Shown: piece after piece, positions 40,222 through 50,770 of the stretch
How the letters are laid out: each line of letters opens with the position of its first letter
Position numbering within the stretch: the first letter of the stretch is position 1
Source: Kofleriaceae bacterium
GTDB taxonomy: Bacteria; Myxococcota_A; Polyangia; Haliangiales; Haliangiaceae
Length of the DNA stretch: 64,000 bases
Assembly: GCA_035715365.1 (NCBI GenBank)
Contig: DASTLB010000022.1
Location: forward strand, 208,242-272,241
Direction: 5' to 3'
Position numbers and translations under genes: made by a program
Notes under the pieces: generated by a model
Database searches by the model: none
What the model saw: the letters and a program-made list of their open reading frames with translations, nothing else
Told to the model about the DNA's origin: nothing

Positions 40222-42174
40222 CTACTCGAGCTGCCATTGATAGACGCCCGCGAGACCGGCCGCCGCGACGATGCGGCCCGGCAGCGGAACGTCGATCGCA
40301 CGCACGCTGTACGCGGTGTCCTGGCGCGCGAGCTCGGTCGGCGCCGCCGGGTTCGCGAGATCGATCACGATGATCCCGCGATCGTGACCGAGCACGGCGT
40401 GACCGGGCCACGTCGCGACCGACCACGTCGACGCGAGGTCCGGCTGGCGGACGATCGACAGCCGCGCCGGCGCCGCCGGATTCGAGACGTCGACGAGGTG
40501 GAACCCGTCCTGCGCGCACGCGACCACCGCGACGTTGCCATCGATTGCAACGTCCAGCGCATTCGCGCAATCCTGGTCGTACTTGCCGACGAGCACCGGC
40601 GTCGCGTTCGACACGTCGTAGATCTTGAGGCCGCCGGGCTCGAACAGCTGCTCGTCCGCAACGTACGCCGTCGTGCCGATGACCTTGACGTTGCTCGCCT
40701 TGCTCGTCTCGACCGAGCCGATGACCGCGGGCGCGGCCGGGTTGCTGATGTCGACGACGCGCAGGAAGCCGCCGCCGGTGCCCTCGGCGATGTATGCGCG
40801 ATCGCCCTCGATCGCGAGGCCGCCGGGCGCACCACCGGTCTGTACCGAGCCGAGCTCGACGAGCGCGGCCGGATCGGTCGTGTCGTAGATCCGCAAGCCG
40901 TACATCCAGTCGGCGACGTACGCGCGCGTACCGGCGACGCGGACGTCCTCGAACACGAGCGCCAGGCCATCCGGCGTCGGCGTCACGGTCGGCTCCGGCG
41001 AGCGGCCGAGCGACGCGAGATCGGAGAGGTTCGCCGAGCGCACGCCACCGACGATGTCCGCGGCGTAGATCGTCGAGCCCGCGGTCGCGATGCCGACGCA
41101 ATCGGCGCACAGCGAGACGTCGATCGTCTGCGGCGTCGGCGCGGTCGGCGCGGTGAGGTCGAGCGCGATCATCCGCCCGCGGTCGGTGACGATCGCGGCC
41201 GCGCTGCCGCCGACCGCCGCCGCGTTCGCGCCCTTCGTCGGTAGATCCAGCGGGCCGAGCTTCTTGATCGCGCTCAGCGTCGTGAGATCGAGGATGTACA
41301 GGCCATCGATCGCCGGGATGTACGCGATGCGGCCCGACACCGTGACCGCGCGCGCGAACGGTCCGCCGTCGGGCAGCCCGAGGTGGAACCGCTGGACCGG
41401 CGTCGCGATCGTCGTGACGTCGTACACGAAGATGCCGTCGATCCCGGCGGTGATCGCGAGGTTGCCGGTGATCGCGACGCCCTCGCTGCTGCCGAGGCTG
41501 CCCTCGCCGATCCGCGTCAGGCCCTTCGAGATGTTGAGCGCGCCGATGCCGGTCGAGCCGATGAAGCCGCGCGACCAGTAATAGAGGCGATTGCCGGAGA
41601 CCGTGAGGTTCGCGACGCCGAACTGGGTCACGGTGCGCGTGAGCGTCGGTGCGTCGGGATCGGCGAGCGACAGCTCGAGGATGCCCTGCTCCTGATCGGC
41701 GACGTACAGCACGCCGGTGCCGGGCTCGAGATCGTTGATCACCGAGCCACCGCCGGGCGGCGCGAGATCGATCACCTTGGTCTCGACGGGCGCGGCCGGA
41801 TTCGAGATGTCGAGCACGTGGATCACGGCGTCGAGATCGGTGCGCTCGGCGACGTACGCGCGCTCGCCGACGACCGCGACCGCGTTGACGACACCGCGCA
41901 GCGGCGCGCTCTCACCGACGAGCGTGCCGGCGGCGAGATCCCAGATCGCGAGCCGCGGCCCGACGCCGACGAACGCGCGACCATCGACGACCGTGACCGC
42001 GGTCGGTGCGCCACCGGACTGCGCGCGATCGAGCGGCACGACGGTGCTGCCGTCGGGCGGCGGCGGCGGATTCGCGTCGGGCTCGGGCTGCACGCGAAGG
42101 TTATCGCCACACCCGGCGATCCCGCCGGCCACCACCAACGCCAGGGACAGAACGAAGCGAGGATTGGCTGACAT
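40222..42174 (-). CDS. LVIVD-repeat beta-propeller lipoprotein
   Basis: Lipobox GGIAGC. Repeated (V/I)(L/V)D(I/V)SNPAAP blocks. Confidence 0.75.
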   Translation of the reverse strand: MSANPRFVLSLALVVAGGIAGCGDNLRVQPEPDANPPPPPDGSTVVPLDRAQSGGAPTAVTVVDGRAFVGVGPRLAIWDLAAGTLVGESAPLRGVVNAVAVVGERAYVAERTDLDAVIHVLDISNPAAPVETKVIDLAPPGGGSVINDLEPGTGVLYVADQEQGILELSLADPDAPTLTRTVTQFGVANLTVSGNRLYYWSRGFIGSTGIGALNISKGLTRIGEGSLGSSEGVAITGNLAITAGIDGIFVYDVTTIATPVQRFHLGLPDGGPFARAVTVSGRIAYIPAIDGLYILDLTTLSAIKKLGPLDLPTKGANAAAVGGSAAAIVTDRGRMIALDLTAPTAPTPQTIDVSLCADCVGIATAGSTIYAADIVGGVRSANLSDLASLGRSPEPTVTPTPDGLALVFEDVRVAGTRAYVADWMYGLRIYDTTDPAALVELGSVQTGGAPGGLAIEGDRAYIAEGTGGGFLRVVDISNPAAPAVIGSVETSKASNVKVIGTTAYVADEQLFEPGGLKIYDVSNATPVLVGKYDQDCANALDVAIDGNVAVVACAQDGFHLVDVSNPAAPARLSIVRQPDLASTWSVATWPGHAVLGHDRGIIVIDLANPAAPTELARQDTAYSVRAIDVPLPGRIVAAAGLAGVYQWQLE

Positions 42175-42273
42175 CGCGCGCCGTATAGCAGTCCGTGCGC
42201 GCGCCGTCATCGCGACGAGGCTGCGAGTATTTGCATCACCCGATGTCGCAGACGTGTCGCGGTGTCGCTCGAC

Positions 42274-43032
42274 TCACCGAGTCATCGCATCGGGTGCGCG
42301 CACGAGCTCGCGCGGGATCCGTCGCCACGTCGCGCCGCCGGTTGCCGCCGACGTCTTCTCGATCTTCAGCGTGTAGTTGCCGGTCGAGTTGCCGATGTTG
42401 CGCACGACGACGAACACGTGGCCGCCGATCTGCTGGACGTCGGTCTGCAGTGCCTCCGGCATGCTCTCGCCGGCGTTGTTCGCGACCGCGAGCGGCTCGC
42501 CGATCTGGCCGTACGCCTCGAGCTTGACATCGATCGTCGCGGTCGGCGTCGCCGTGAACGTGATCGTGCCGAGCGTGTTGAGCTGGACGAGGAACAGGTC
42601 CGCGTCCGCGAGTGGCGTCAGCGCACGCGTCACGCTGTCACCGACGGTGACGATCGCGTCGTCCGGATCGTTGCCGGTGTCGATCGTGCCGAAGCACGCG
42701 TTCTGACCGCCGTTGATCGGCACGCAGAACGCATCGACGTCCTTGCAGTCGTTCGCGACCGCGAGCGAGCACAGCCGCGAGCACTTGAACTGTCCGGCGG
42801 TCTCTCCGACGCACACGCCGCTCGCACATTCATTGCCGGCGACGCAGGACTCGCCGAAATCCTTGAGCGGCGGCGGCGGCGGCGGTGGCGGCGGCGGTGG
42901 TGCATCGGGCGGCGGCGGCGGCGGCGGTGGCGCGGCGTCGGGCGACGGCGTCTGACCGCCTCCGCCATCGCACGCGACGACGGCAGAGACCAGGGAGAGG
43001 GCGAGAGCAGACAGGACGAACGAACGAAGCAT
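42274..43032 (-). CDS. Pro-rich, Cys-rich lipoprotein, hypothetical
   Basis: Lipobox SAVVAC. PPPPPPPPPDAPPPPPPPPPPP linker. Nine Cys in the following domain. Confidence 0.55.
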   Translation of the reverse strand: MLRSFVLSALALSLVSAVVACDGGGGQTPSPDAAPPPPPPPPDAPPPPPPPPPPPLKDFGESCVAGNECASGVCVGETAGQFKCSRLCSLAVANDCKDVDAFCVPINGGQNACFGTIDTGNDPDDAIVTVGDSVTRALTPLADADLFLVQLNTLGTITFTATPTATIDVKLEAYGQIGEPLAVANNAGESMPEALQTDVQQIGGHVFVVVRNIGNSTGNYTLKIEKTSAATGGATWRRIPRELVRAPDAMTR

Positions 43033-43331
43033 GGTGGGATCCTCGACGGTGACGGCGCCGCAGATACGTGCGAGCCGGGTCGCGCTTACGCTCGATCGCG
43101 ATCACCGCGATCAACAGCAACGTGATGCGCGCGCCTCGCGAGGAGCAATCACCGCACCAGCCGCGACGGTCGCGAACTGCCGAGAACCGCTGCATGCCGA
43201 CGATGGCCACGCGGCAGGTGCACCGCTGCACCCGGTGGTGCACCCGAGGTGCAGTCGACGAGCGCGACGTTGCGACTGTAAGCCCGCCCGCAGCTGTGAC
43301 GTTGTCGGGGCTCTCGCGCTATGAACGCGGC

Positions 43332-44834
43332 ATGCAGACGCGCGCCGAGGCCACGAACTATCGCGAAACGTCTCTCCATGCCGACGTCATGCGGTACCTC
43401 ACAGCGCTCGCGGGTCGCGATGCGCGGTTCCACCTGACCTCGTTCGGCGCGAGCCCGGAGGGCCGCGAGCTGCCGCTCGTCGTGATGTCCGCGCACGGTG
43501 TCCGGACGCCGGACGAGGCGCGGGCGAAGCGGCTGCCGGTCGTGCTGATCATCAACGGCATCCACGCCGGCGAGGTCGAGGGCAAGGAGGCCGCGATGAT
43601 GCTGATGCGTGACCTGCTCGACAACCGCCTCGGCGATCTGCTCGCGCACCTGACGCTCGTGATCGTTCCGCTGTTCAACCCGGACGGCAACGACGCGGTC
43701 GATCCCGCGAACCGCAAGCTCGATCTCGCGAAGCTCGAGGGCCAGATCGGCCCGGCGCTCGTCGGCACGCGCGTCAACAAGTCCGGCATCAACCTCAACC
43801 GCGACTACATGCGGCAGGCCGCGCTCGAGATGCGGCTCCTGCAATCGCGGGTCGCGCAGGTCTGGCAGCCCGATCTGACGATCGATACGCACGCGACGAA
43901 CGGCTCGGTGCATCGCTTCGCGATGACGTACGACATCCCGCACACCGTGCCAAGCGGCCGCCCCGAGCCGATCGCGTTCATGCGCACGCAGATGATGCCG
44001 GCGGTCACCGCGGCGCTCGCGCAGAACCACCAGCTGCTCGCCGGCTGGTACGGCAACTTCGTCGAGGACGAGCGCAGCCTCGACGCGCGGCGCGACGCCG
44101 ATCCGCACGCACCGGTGCGCGAGGGCTGGATGACGTATCCGCACCACCCGCGATTCGGCAGCAACTACCGCGGCCTCACGAACCGGCTCGATCTGCTGCT
44201 CGAGTGCTACTCGTACCTGACGTTCGAGGAGCGCGTGCGCACCACCTACGCGACGCTGCTCGAGGCGATGACCTACGTCGCCGCGCACTCCGACGACGTG
44301 CTCGAGGTCGTGGCGAAGAGCCGGATGCCGCGCGACGAGATCGCGGTGCGCAGCAAGCTCGAGGCATTCGCCGAGCCGATCGAGATCGCGACGCGCACGC
44401 CGCGCACGCTCGACGGCGCGCCGTCGACCGTGCAGATCCAGTACTTCGCGAACTTCGTCGGCACGACCGTCGTCCGCCGCCCCGCCGGCTACGCCGTCCC
44501 GGCGAACGTCGCCGAGCACCTCGAGCGTCACGGCCTCGCGGTCGATCCCGCACCGACCGTGCCGTGCGGCGTCGACATCGCGAAGGTCGCCGGCTACGGC
44601 AGCGAGGGCGGCCGCAAGATCCTCGAGGCCGCGCAGGTCGGCGAGCTCGCGGTCGAATGGCGCACCGAGCAGCGCGCGGTTCCGGACGGCTACCGGCTCG
44701 TGCGCTGCGATCAGCCGCTCGGCGCGATCGCGGTCTATCTCTGCGAGCCCGAGAGCGACGACGGTGCGATCGAGAACGGGCTCGTCACCGCGCCCGCGCT
44801 CGGCGACGACTTTCCGATCTATCGGCTCGCGTGA
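43332..44834 (+). CDS. M14-family zinc carboxypeptidase
   Basis: The real part of track ORF 43068-44834, from the ATG at 43332. INGIHAGEVEG (HxxE Zn site). Confidence 0.75.
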   Translation: MQTRAEATNYRETSLHADVMRYLTALAGRDARFHLTSFGASPEGRELPLVVMSAHGVRTPDEARAKRLPVVLIINGIHAGEVEGKEAAMMLMRDLLDNRLGDLLAHLTLVIVPLFNPDGNDAVDPANRKLDLAKLEGQIGPALVGTRVNKSGINLNRDYMRQAALEMRLLQSRVAQVWQPDLTIDTHATNGSVHRFAMTYDIPHTVPSGRPEPIAFMRTQMMPAVTAALAQNHQLLAGWYGNFVEDERSLDARRDADPHAPVREGWMTYPHHPRFGSNYRGLTNRLDLLLECYSYLTFEERVRTTYATLLEAMTYVAAHSDDVLEVVAKSRMPRDEIAVRSKLEAFAEPIEIATRTPRTLDGAPSTVQIQYFANFVGTTVVRRPAGYAVPANVAEHLERHGLAVDPAPTVPCGVDIAKVAGYGSEGGRKILEAAQVGELAVEWRTEQRAVPDGYRLVRCDQPLGAIAVYLCEPESDDGAIENGLVTAPALGDDFPIYRLA

Positions 44835-45371
44835 TCAGGGCAGCCAGCGGCTGCGCACCGAGAACCGGCCGGACTTGTTGCCCTCCATCGCGAGCACCGC
44901 GGTCACGGCACCGATGCCGATGTTGCTCGCGAGGTTCGCGAGGCCGAGCGTGCCGACGACGCGGCGCAGCCGATCCGCATTCTCGCGCTCGGCCTTCGTC
45001 GCACGCGCGCCTTGCTCGGTCGTCCGCTTGCCGAGGATCCGGCCCGCGATCACGCTCGTGATCCCGGTCGCGAGGCTCGCGATCACGAGCGCGTCCTTGA
45101 CCCTCGTGAGCGTGCGCGCGGTGCCGCTGACCTCGCGGCCGCTCAGCATCGATCGCCCGACGAACCACGTCGCGGCGACGACGCCGTGCGCGGCGAGGTT
45201 GACCCACGAGAACCGGCGCCAGGCCGCGTCGGAGACCTGGTAGCGCGTCTGATCGTCGTCGATCTCGCGAATCGCGGGCTGGAACGCTTGCCGTCCGAAC
45301 AGCGTTCCTCCGAGTGCCGTCGCGAGCCCCACTTCGTGAGCGATCCATGCAGACGTAGACAGAGTGGCCAT
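44835..45371 (-). CDS. Hypothetical membrane protein
   Basis: The internal Met gives MATLSTSAWIAHEVGLATALGGTLFG. Several hydrophobic segments. Confidence 0.45.
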   Translation of the reverse strand: MATLSTSAWIAHEVGLATALGGTLFGRQAFQPAIREIDDDQTRYQVSDAAWRRFSWVNLAAHGVVAATWFVGRSMLSGREVSGTARTLTRVKDALVIASLATGITSVIAGRILGKRTTEQGARATKAERENADRLRRVVGTLGLANLASNIGIGAVTAVLAMEGNKSGRFSVRSRWLP

Positions 45372-45573
45372 GATCAATCCTCCTCGCCGCCGCTTTGCAA
45401 ACCGTGCTCCACGCGGCGAACTCCGCACGCGCGTCGTGGCGGTGATCGATCGTGCTCGTGGCGTAGCACCGCGACACCAGCGCTCGCTCGCTCCCGCACG
45501 CTGCCTCCGCGAGATCCGGATCGACGACTTTCATGTAACCGCGGTCAATGATCGATCAACGCGCGATCTCCCG

Positions 45574-46755
45574 TCAGCGCCGGCGGCCCTGCGCGATCCA
45601 GGTGTCGACGAGCTGGATGTCCTCGATCGAGAGCGGCGGCAACCCGAGCGGCATGCCGCGCACGCCTTCGACCGGATGCCCCGCCTCCTCCGCGTGACGC
45701 GCGAGCAGGTGCGCGACGACGCGTGGCGTGCCATCGGCCAGCGGCGCGAAGATGCTCCGCCGCTCGCCGCGATCATCGAGCGACCCCGACGCCGCACCCG
45801 TGTACGACGACAGATCGAGCCCGCGCGGCGCGAACCCGAAGCCGCCGCTGTTGCCCGGCCCGCCGTCGGCGCGCGCGAAGTCCGGCACCGCATGACAGTG
45901 CCAGCACATGTTGCGGAACACGCGCCGCTCGACCTCGTCCCACGTCACGACGCGCGCGAGGTGCGGCGGACGGTTCACGATCGGCCGCGGTGCGAGCGGT
46001 TGCAGCGGCGTCGCCGCGACGAATGCCGCGAGCGCCTCGGCTTGCGCGCGCGTGACGCCGAGCGCCGGCATCGCGCCGCGCGGCTGCTCGATCCACGCCG
46101 CGAGCCGCGACGGCTGGACGCGATCGCGCGCGAACCGCAGATCGGGCGCCAGTGCCCACGGCTCGCTGATCGGCGTGCCGGCGCGCGCGTGCACCGCCGG
46201 ATCGTCGACGGTCGCGCCGGTGAACCGATGGCAGCGCGCGCACCCGAGCCCGCGATACAGCGCCTCGCCGTACGCGAGCTGATCCGGTCGCGCGTCGACC
46301 ATCGACGCACGGTCGTCACGCGGCACGAGCGCGCGCGCGAGCTGCTCGGCCTCGGCCTCGGCGATCGCGAGGCGCGGCATCTCGGCGACGAGCCCCGGGC
46401 GGACGTCGTGCGGTGCGCGCAGGAACGCCGCCACCCACGCGCGCCGCAACCGATCCGACGCCGCGAGCGACGGCGCGTACGGCAGGCTATGGATGCGTTG
46501 CTGCCAGCCCGCGAGCGCGTCCGGGTCGACGTCGAAGTGGCCATCGAGGATGTCGCGATGACACTGCACGCAGTGCTTGTCGCGCGGCGCGGCCGCGACG
46601 CCGGGCACCTCGTGGCAGCGCGTGCACTGGAACTTCGCGACGACCGCGCTCGCATCGACGCGCGGCTCGACCGCTGCGCTCGCCAGCGCTCCGGATCGCG
46701 TCGGCTCCGGATCGCACGCGGTCCCCACGACGAGCCACCACACGAGCGCGCGCAT
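45574..46755 (-). CDS. Tetrahaem c-type cytochrome, secreted
   Basis: The real part of track ORF 45574-47103 starts at MRALVWWLVVGTAC. Four CxxCH motifs (CTRCHE, CVQCHR, CARCHR, CWHCHA). Confidence 0.75.
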   Translation of the reverse strand: MRALVWWLVVGTACDPEPTRSGALASAAVEPRVDASAVVAKFQCTRCHEVPGVAAAPRDKHCVQCHRDILDGHFDVDPDALAGWQQRIHSLPYAPSLAASDRLRRAWVAAFLRAPHDVRPGLVAEMPRLAIAEAEAEQLARALVPRDDRASMVDARPDQLAYGEALYRGLGCARCHRFTGATVDDPAVHARAGTPISEPWALAPDLRFARDRVQPSRLAAWIEQPRGAMPALGVTRAQAEALAAFVAATPLQPLAPRPIVNRPPHLARVVTWDEVERRVFRNMCWHCHAVPDFARADGGPGNSGGFGFAPRGLDLSSYTGAASGSLDDRGERRSIFAPLADGTPRVVAHLLARHAEEAGHPVEGVRGMPLGLPPLSIEDIQLVDTWIAQGRRR

Positions 46756-46769
46756 GATCGGCGCTGGCG

Positions 46770-47339
46770 TCACCGCTTCGTGGTGACCTTGCCCGGCAGC
46801 GCGCACGCCGACGTGTGGCGGACGCGCGCCTCGCACGCGCGCAGCGCGACCGCACGGTCTTCGCCGTCGCCGAGCGCCGCGAGTGTCAGGTACGCGTAGC
46901 CATCCGGCATCAGATCGCGCCGCTTCAGATCGACGAGAATCGCGCGTGCCGCCGCATCGTCGCCGGCCGCGACATACGCCTCCGCGAGCCACGCCTGAAA
47001 GCGCACGTCCGCCTGCCCGACCTCGGCGACGCGCCGCTTGAAGTAGGCGACCATGATCGGCCCGTTCGTCTCGTCCACGCGATGCGTGCGCGTTCGCATC
47101 CACACGAGCTTGCGGACGTCCATCGCGCGCGCCGCGAGCTTGTCGTCACGGATCCGCGTGCGGCCGAGCAAGCTGCCTGCCCGCGTCAGCTGTCCGGCCT
47201 CGAGTGCCTTCTCCGCGCGCGCGACCAGCCGGATCGCCTCGTCGCGCGTGAGCTCGACGACGTTACCGCACGGATACGCGACCGGCGGCGCGGCCACGCT
47301 CGCCGCGATCACGGCCGCCACGACTTGCAACCGCCGCAT
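46770..47339 (-). CDS. Secreted hypothetical protein, tandem paralogue B
   Basis: Signal peptide. Shares the (Y/W)PC(G/D)N(V/A)VELTRD...DVRF(Q/R)AWLAEAY...ILVDL(K/H)(R/K)RDLMPDGYAYL blocks with 47341-47904. Confidence 0.65.
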   Translation of the reverse strand: MRRLQVVAAVIAASVAAPPVAYPCGNVVELTRDEAIRLVARAEKALEAGQLTRAGSLLGRTRIRDDKLAARAMDVRKLVWMRTRTHRVDETNGPIMVAYFKRRVAEVGQADVRFQAWLAEAYVAAGDDAAARAILVDLKRRDLMPDGYAYLTLAALGDGEDRAVALRACEARVRHTSACALPGKVTTKR

Positions 47340-47340
47340 G

Positions 47341-47904
47341 TCAGCTCTTCGTCTGCAGCGAGACCTTCTTGGCCGGCAGCGTGCACATCGCCTTGACCTT
47401 CATGCGTGTCTCGCACGCGGTCAGCGCGAGCGCGCGCTGCTCGCCGGTCGATAGCTTCGCGAGCGCGAGGTACGCGTACCCGTCCGGCATGAGGTCGCGC
47501 TTGTGAAGATCGACGAGGATCTCGCGCGCCGAGGCCTCGTTGCCGGTCGCGAGGTACGCCTCCGCGAGCCACGCGCGGAACCGGACGTCGGTCTTGCCGT
47601 CGTCCGATTCGCTGCGCTGCTTGAAGTGCTCTACGACGGTCTTGAGATCGTCCTTCGGTTTCGGCGCGCGCAGCCGGATCAACGCGCGCAGGTCCTTCGC
47701 GCGACGCTCGAGCTTCGCATCGCCAAACCGCGCTGCGATCTGGCGCTCGGCGCGTCGGTAGTCGCCGGCCTCGATCAGCTTCTCGGCGCGAATCACCATC
47801 CGCACGTAGTCATCGCGCGTGAGCTCGACGGCGTTGTCGCACGGCCATGCAGTCGATGGCACGGCTGCCATCATCGCAACCGCGATCGCGAGTGGTCGCA
47901 ACAT
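47341..47904 (-). CDS. Secreted hypothetical protein, tandem paralogue A
   Basis: The internal Met gives MLRPLAIAVAMMAAVPSTAWPC. 1-nt gap to paralogue B. Confidence 0.65.
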   Translation of the reverse strand: MLRPLAIAVAMMAAVPSTAWPCDNAVELTRDDYVRMVIRAEKLIEAGDYRRAERQIAARFGDAKLERRAKDLRALIRLRAPKPKDDLKTVVEHFKQRSESDDGKTDVRFRAWLAEAYLATGNEASAREILVDLHKRDLMPDGYAYLALAKLSTGEQRALALTACETRMKVKAMCTLPAKKVSLQTKS

Positions 47905-48000
47905 GAGGTGACCTCCTGGGCCAACGACACCTGTTGCGGACAAAAGTTTCGCGAATGATCTGTCCGCGTGCTGTCATCGATGCGCGGACCGCGCCATCGG

Positions 48001-48660
48001 TCACGCGGCCGCGCGCGGCTCTCGTCGCTTGCGGACCTGACGTTTCGCGACCTTCGCCAGCGCGATCGCCGCATCCCGCCAGCTCGCGCGGTGCGGGGGT
48101 CGCTGCGCGCGCCCGTCGCCCACCACCGCCGCCGGCTGCCCCGACATCGCCGCCCGCGCGCGCTCGATCATGCGCGGCCGGTCCGCGAGCTCCTTCTCGG
48201 TGCCGACGAACGGTACGCGCGTGCCGCGAAGCTTGTCGTACCACTGGAACGTCACGCCCCAGTTCTTGTGCTGGTCGGGGCCCATATGATGGTCGTAGTG
48301 CCACGGCAGGTGCGCGCGCCCCCACGCCGGATCGATGTGCGCCCGGCGATGGACGCGCCGATAGCGGCCGAGCAGGTACCAGGTCGTCAGCGTGTAGAAC
48401 GGCGCGATCGGCAGCAGCGGCGCATGCGCGAGCCCGATCACCGCGAGCCCGACCGCCTCGCCTGCCTGCGTCGGCGTGCTCCACACCGGACCCTCGAAGT
48501 CCGGATCGTAGCCGCCGTGCCGCCGCACCTTCTGATGATGCGTGTGAAAGTGAAACGCGAAGATGCTCTTCTTGTCTCGACCGCGCCAGTGCAGCAGATA
48601 GCGATGAGCCGCCCACTCGCCATACGCGAACGTGGCGACCGCCAGCGGGATCCCGATCAT
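48001..48660 (-). CDS. Fatty-acid hydroxylase / sterol desaturase family membrane protein
   Basis: His boxes HRYLLH, HFHTHH and HYDHH. Confidence 0.7.
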   Translation of the reverse strand: MIGIPLAVATFAYGEWAAHRYLLHWRGRDKKSIFAFHFHTHHQKVRRHGGYDPDFEGPVWSTPTQAGEAVGLAVIGLAHAPLLPIAPFYTLTTWYLLGRYRRVHRRAHIDPAWGRAHLPWHYDHHMGPDQHKNWGVTFQWYDKLRGTRVPFVGTEKELADRPRMIERARAAMSGQPAAVVGDGRAQRPPHRASWRDAAIALAKVAKRQVRKRREPRAAA

Positions 48661-48766
48661 CGCGATGATCGTCGAGCGGACCGACCTGTCGACACAAGTT
48701 ACAGCTGCGAGTCATCGGCGCCCGCCGCGGGACCGCTCGCGACCCGATCTGATCTAGGCTGCGCGC

Positions 48767-49273
48767 ATGGCAGACCCCGTCGTCGAAGTCGCGACCAACC
48801 ACGGCACCTTCGTCATCACGCTCGATCCCGCGCACGCACCGAAGTCCGTCGAGAACTTCCTGCGCTACGTCGACGCCAAGCACTACGACGGCACCGTCTT
48901 CCACCGCGTCATCCCGACGTTCATGATCCAGGGCGGCGGCTTCGACCAGCAGCTCGAGAAGCGACCCACCCAGCCGCCGATCCAGAACGAGGCCGACAAT
49001 GGCCTCAAGAACACGCGGGGCACGGTCGCGATGGCGCGGACCGGCGATCCGCACTCCGCCACCGCGCAGTTCTTCGTCAACGTCGTCGACAACAAGTTCC
49101 TCGATCATCAGGCGAAGGACGAGCGCGGCTGGGGCTACGCCGTGTTCGGCCGCGTCACCGAGGGCATGGACGTCGTCGACAAGATCAAGGACGTCCGCAC
49201 CGGCGCCGCCGGCCCGTTCTCCAAGGATGCTCCGCAGCAGCCCGTCGTGATCCAGCACATCCGCCGCCGCTGA
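48767..49273 (+). CDS. Cyclophilin-type peptidyl-prolyl cis-trans isomerase
   Basis: FHRVIPTFMIQGGGF, MARTGDPHSATAQFF. Confidence 0.9.
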   Translation: MADPVVEVATNHGTFVITLDPAHAPKSVENFLRYVDAKHYDGTVFHRVIPTFMIQGGGFDQQLEKRPTQPPIQNEADNGLKNTRGTVAMARTGDPHSATAQFFVNVVDNKFLDHQAKDERGWGYAVFGRVTEGMDVVDKIKDVRTGAAGPFSKDAPQQPVVIQHIRRR

Positions 49274-49328
49274 TCGCGCGTCCGCACCGCCGCGGATTGC
49301 CACACCCCGCCGCATCGCCCGGGCTACG

Positions 49329-49916
49329 ATGGTCGCGATGGCACTCGCGCCGGGGCACAAGCGACGTCACCGTTACCTCACCGTCCCCGCCGGCGTGGTG
49401 CTGTTCGTCTGCCTGTTCCTGCCCGCCGTGAAGGGCTGCAGCGAGCCGGTCTACCCGATCGTCGTCCCGCCGGTCTATCCGCCGTACGTGCTCGGCCTGC
49501 TGGTCACGCTCACCGCGCTCGCGAGGCCCTCGGTCGTCCGCAAGCTCGTCATCGCCTCGCGCGTGATCCTGTGGCTGACGTGCATCGCCGCAGCGTTCTG
49601 CCTCGCGGGCATCCTGGTCGTCGAGGAGCCGAGCAGCTGGATGGGCTACGCGGTCTTCGCGGCCTGCGTCCTCGTCTTCGTCGTCACCGGCTGGGGCGAA
49701 CGCGACGAGCTCGCCGCTGCGCGCGCTGCGCTCGCGACCGGCCTGCTCGGCGTCATCTGGTTCGGTGCCTGGCTGTTGCCCCGCGACGAAGGCGTCCTGT
49801 TCGGCATGTACGTCTCGTTCGGATCCTCGCTCGCGCTGCTGCTCGGCGCGGCGGAATGGCGTCGCGAGATCCACCGCGATCACAACCCCGAGATCGCGAC
49901 CGCAAAGATCCTCTGA
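49329..49916 (+). CDS. Hypothetical polytopic membrane protein
   Basis: 4-5 hydrophobic helices. Confidence 0.5.
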   Translation: MVAMALAPGHKRRHRYLTVPAGVVLFVCLFLPAVKGCSEPVYPIVVPPVYPPYVLGLLVTLTALARPSVVRKLVIASRVILWLTCIAAAFCLAGILVVEEPSSWMGYAVFAACVLVFVVTGWGERDELAAARAALATGLLGVIWFGAWLLPRDEGVLFGMYVSFGSSLALLLGAAEWRREIHRDHNPEIATAKIL

Positions 49917-49997
49917 CCGCTCGCGCGGCGTCCTCGCGCAAGCCGTGCGCGGATCGCACCGATCTCCGGCGGTACGCGCGATGCACGGCCTTCGATC

Positions 49998-50654
49998 ATG
50001 ACGGTCGTCGCCATCGTCGTCGTCACGCTCCTGGCCGCTGGCGTGCTCGCGTACGTCGGCTATCCGTGGTGGTGCCGGCGCGTCGTGACGCGTGCCGAAG
50101 CAGGCGCGGTCTTGCCCGGCGACGAGCTCGTGCCGGACCCGACCACCGGCTACACGCTCGCGACCACGATCGCAGCGCCGCCCTCGGCGATCTGGCCGTG
50201 GCTCGTCCAGATCGGACAGGGGCGCGGCGGCTTCTACACGCACGAGTGGGTCGAGCGCGCGCTCGAGGCCGACATCCACAACGTCGATTACCTCGTCTCC
50301 GAGCTCCAGCACCTCGAGGTCGGCGACCGCATCCGCCTGACGCCCGATCCGTACCTCGGCCGGCCGGGACAATCGCTCGTCGTCGCACGCGCCGATCGCA
50401 ACCGTGCCCTCGTGCTCGCACAACAGCTGCCCAGTGGCGGGACCGGCACGTGGGCGTTCGTCCTCGAGCCGATCGCGAACAACGCCACGCGTCTGGTCTT
50501 CCGTCGCCGCGGCACGCAGCCGTCGCGCTTCGATCGGATCGCCCTGCCCGGCTACTACTACATGGATCGCGGCATGCTCGCCGGCCTTCGCAAGCGCGCC
50601 GAGCACGCCTCCGCCAGGCCGCCGCCGCAACGCGCGACCACGGTGCACGCCTGA
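49998..50654 (+). CDS. SRPBCC (polyketide-cyclase-like) family protein with an N-terminal TM anchor
   Basis: TIAAPPSAIWPWL block typical of SRPBCC. Assignment from memory. Confidence 0.5.
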   Translation: MTVVAIVVVTLLAAGVLAYVGYPWWCRRVVTRAEAGAVLPGDELVPDPTTGYTLATTIAAPPSAIWPWLVQIGQGRGGFYTHEWVERALEADIHNVDYLVSELQHLEVGDRIRLTPDPYLGRPGQSLVVARADRNRALVLAQQLPSGGTGTWAFVLEPIANNATRLVFRRRGTQPSRFDRIALPGYYYMDRGMLAGLRKRAEHASARPPPQRATTVHA

Positions 50655-50770
50655 CCCGCGCAGACCCGGCGCACGACCGAGATCGGGTGCGCCTGGACCC
50701 AATCCTCGTCGTCGACACACGGCAGATCGCGCGCTTGCATGCGGCCCGACGCTTGAAGAGAGCGCGCCCC

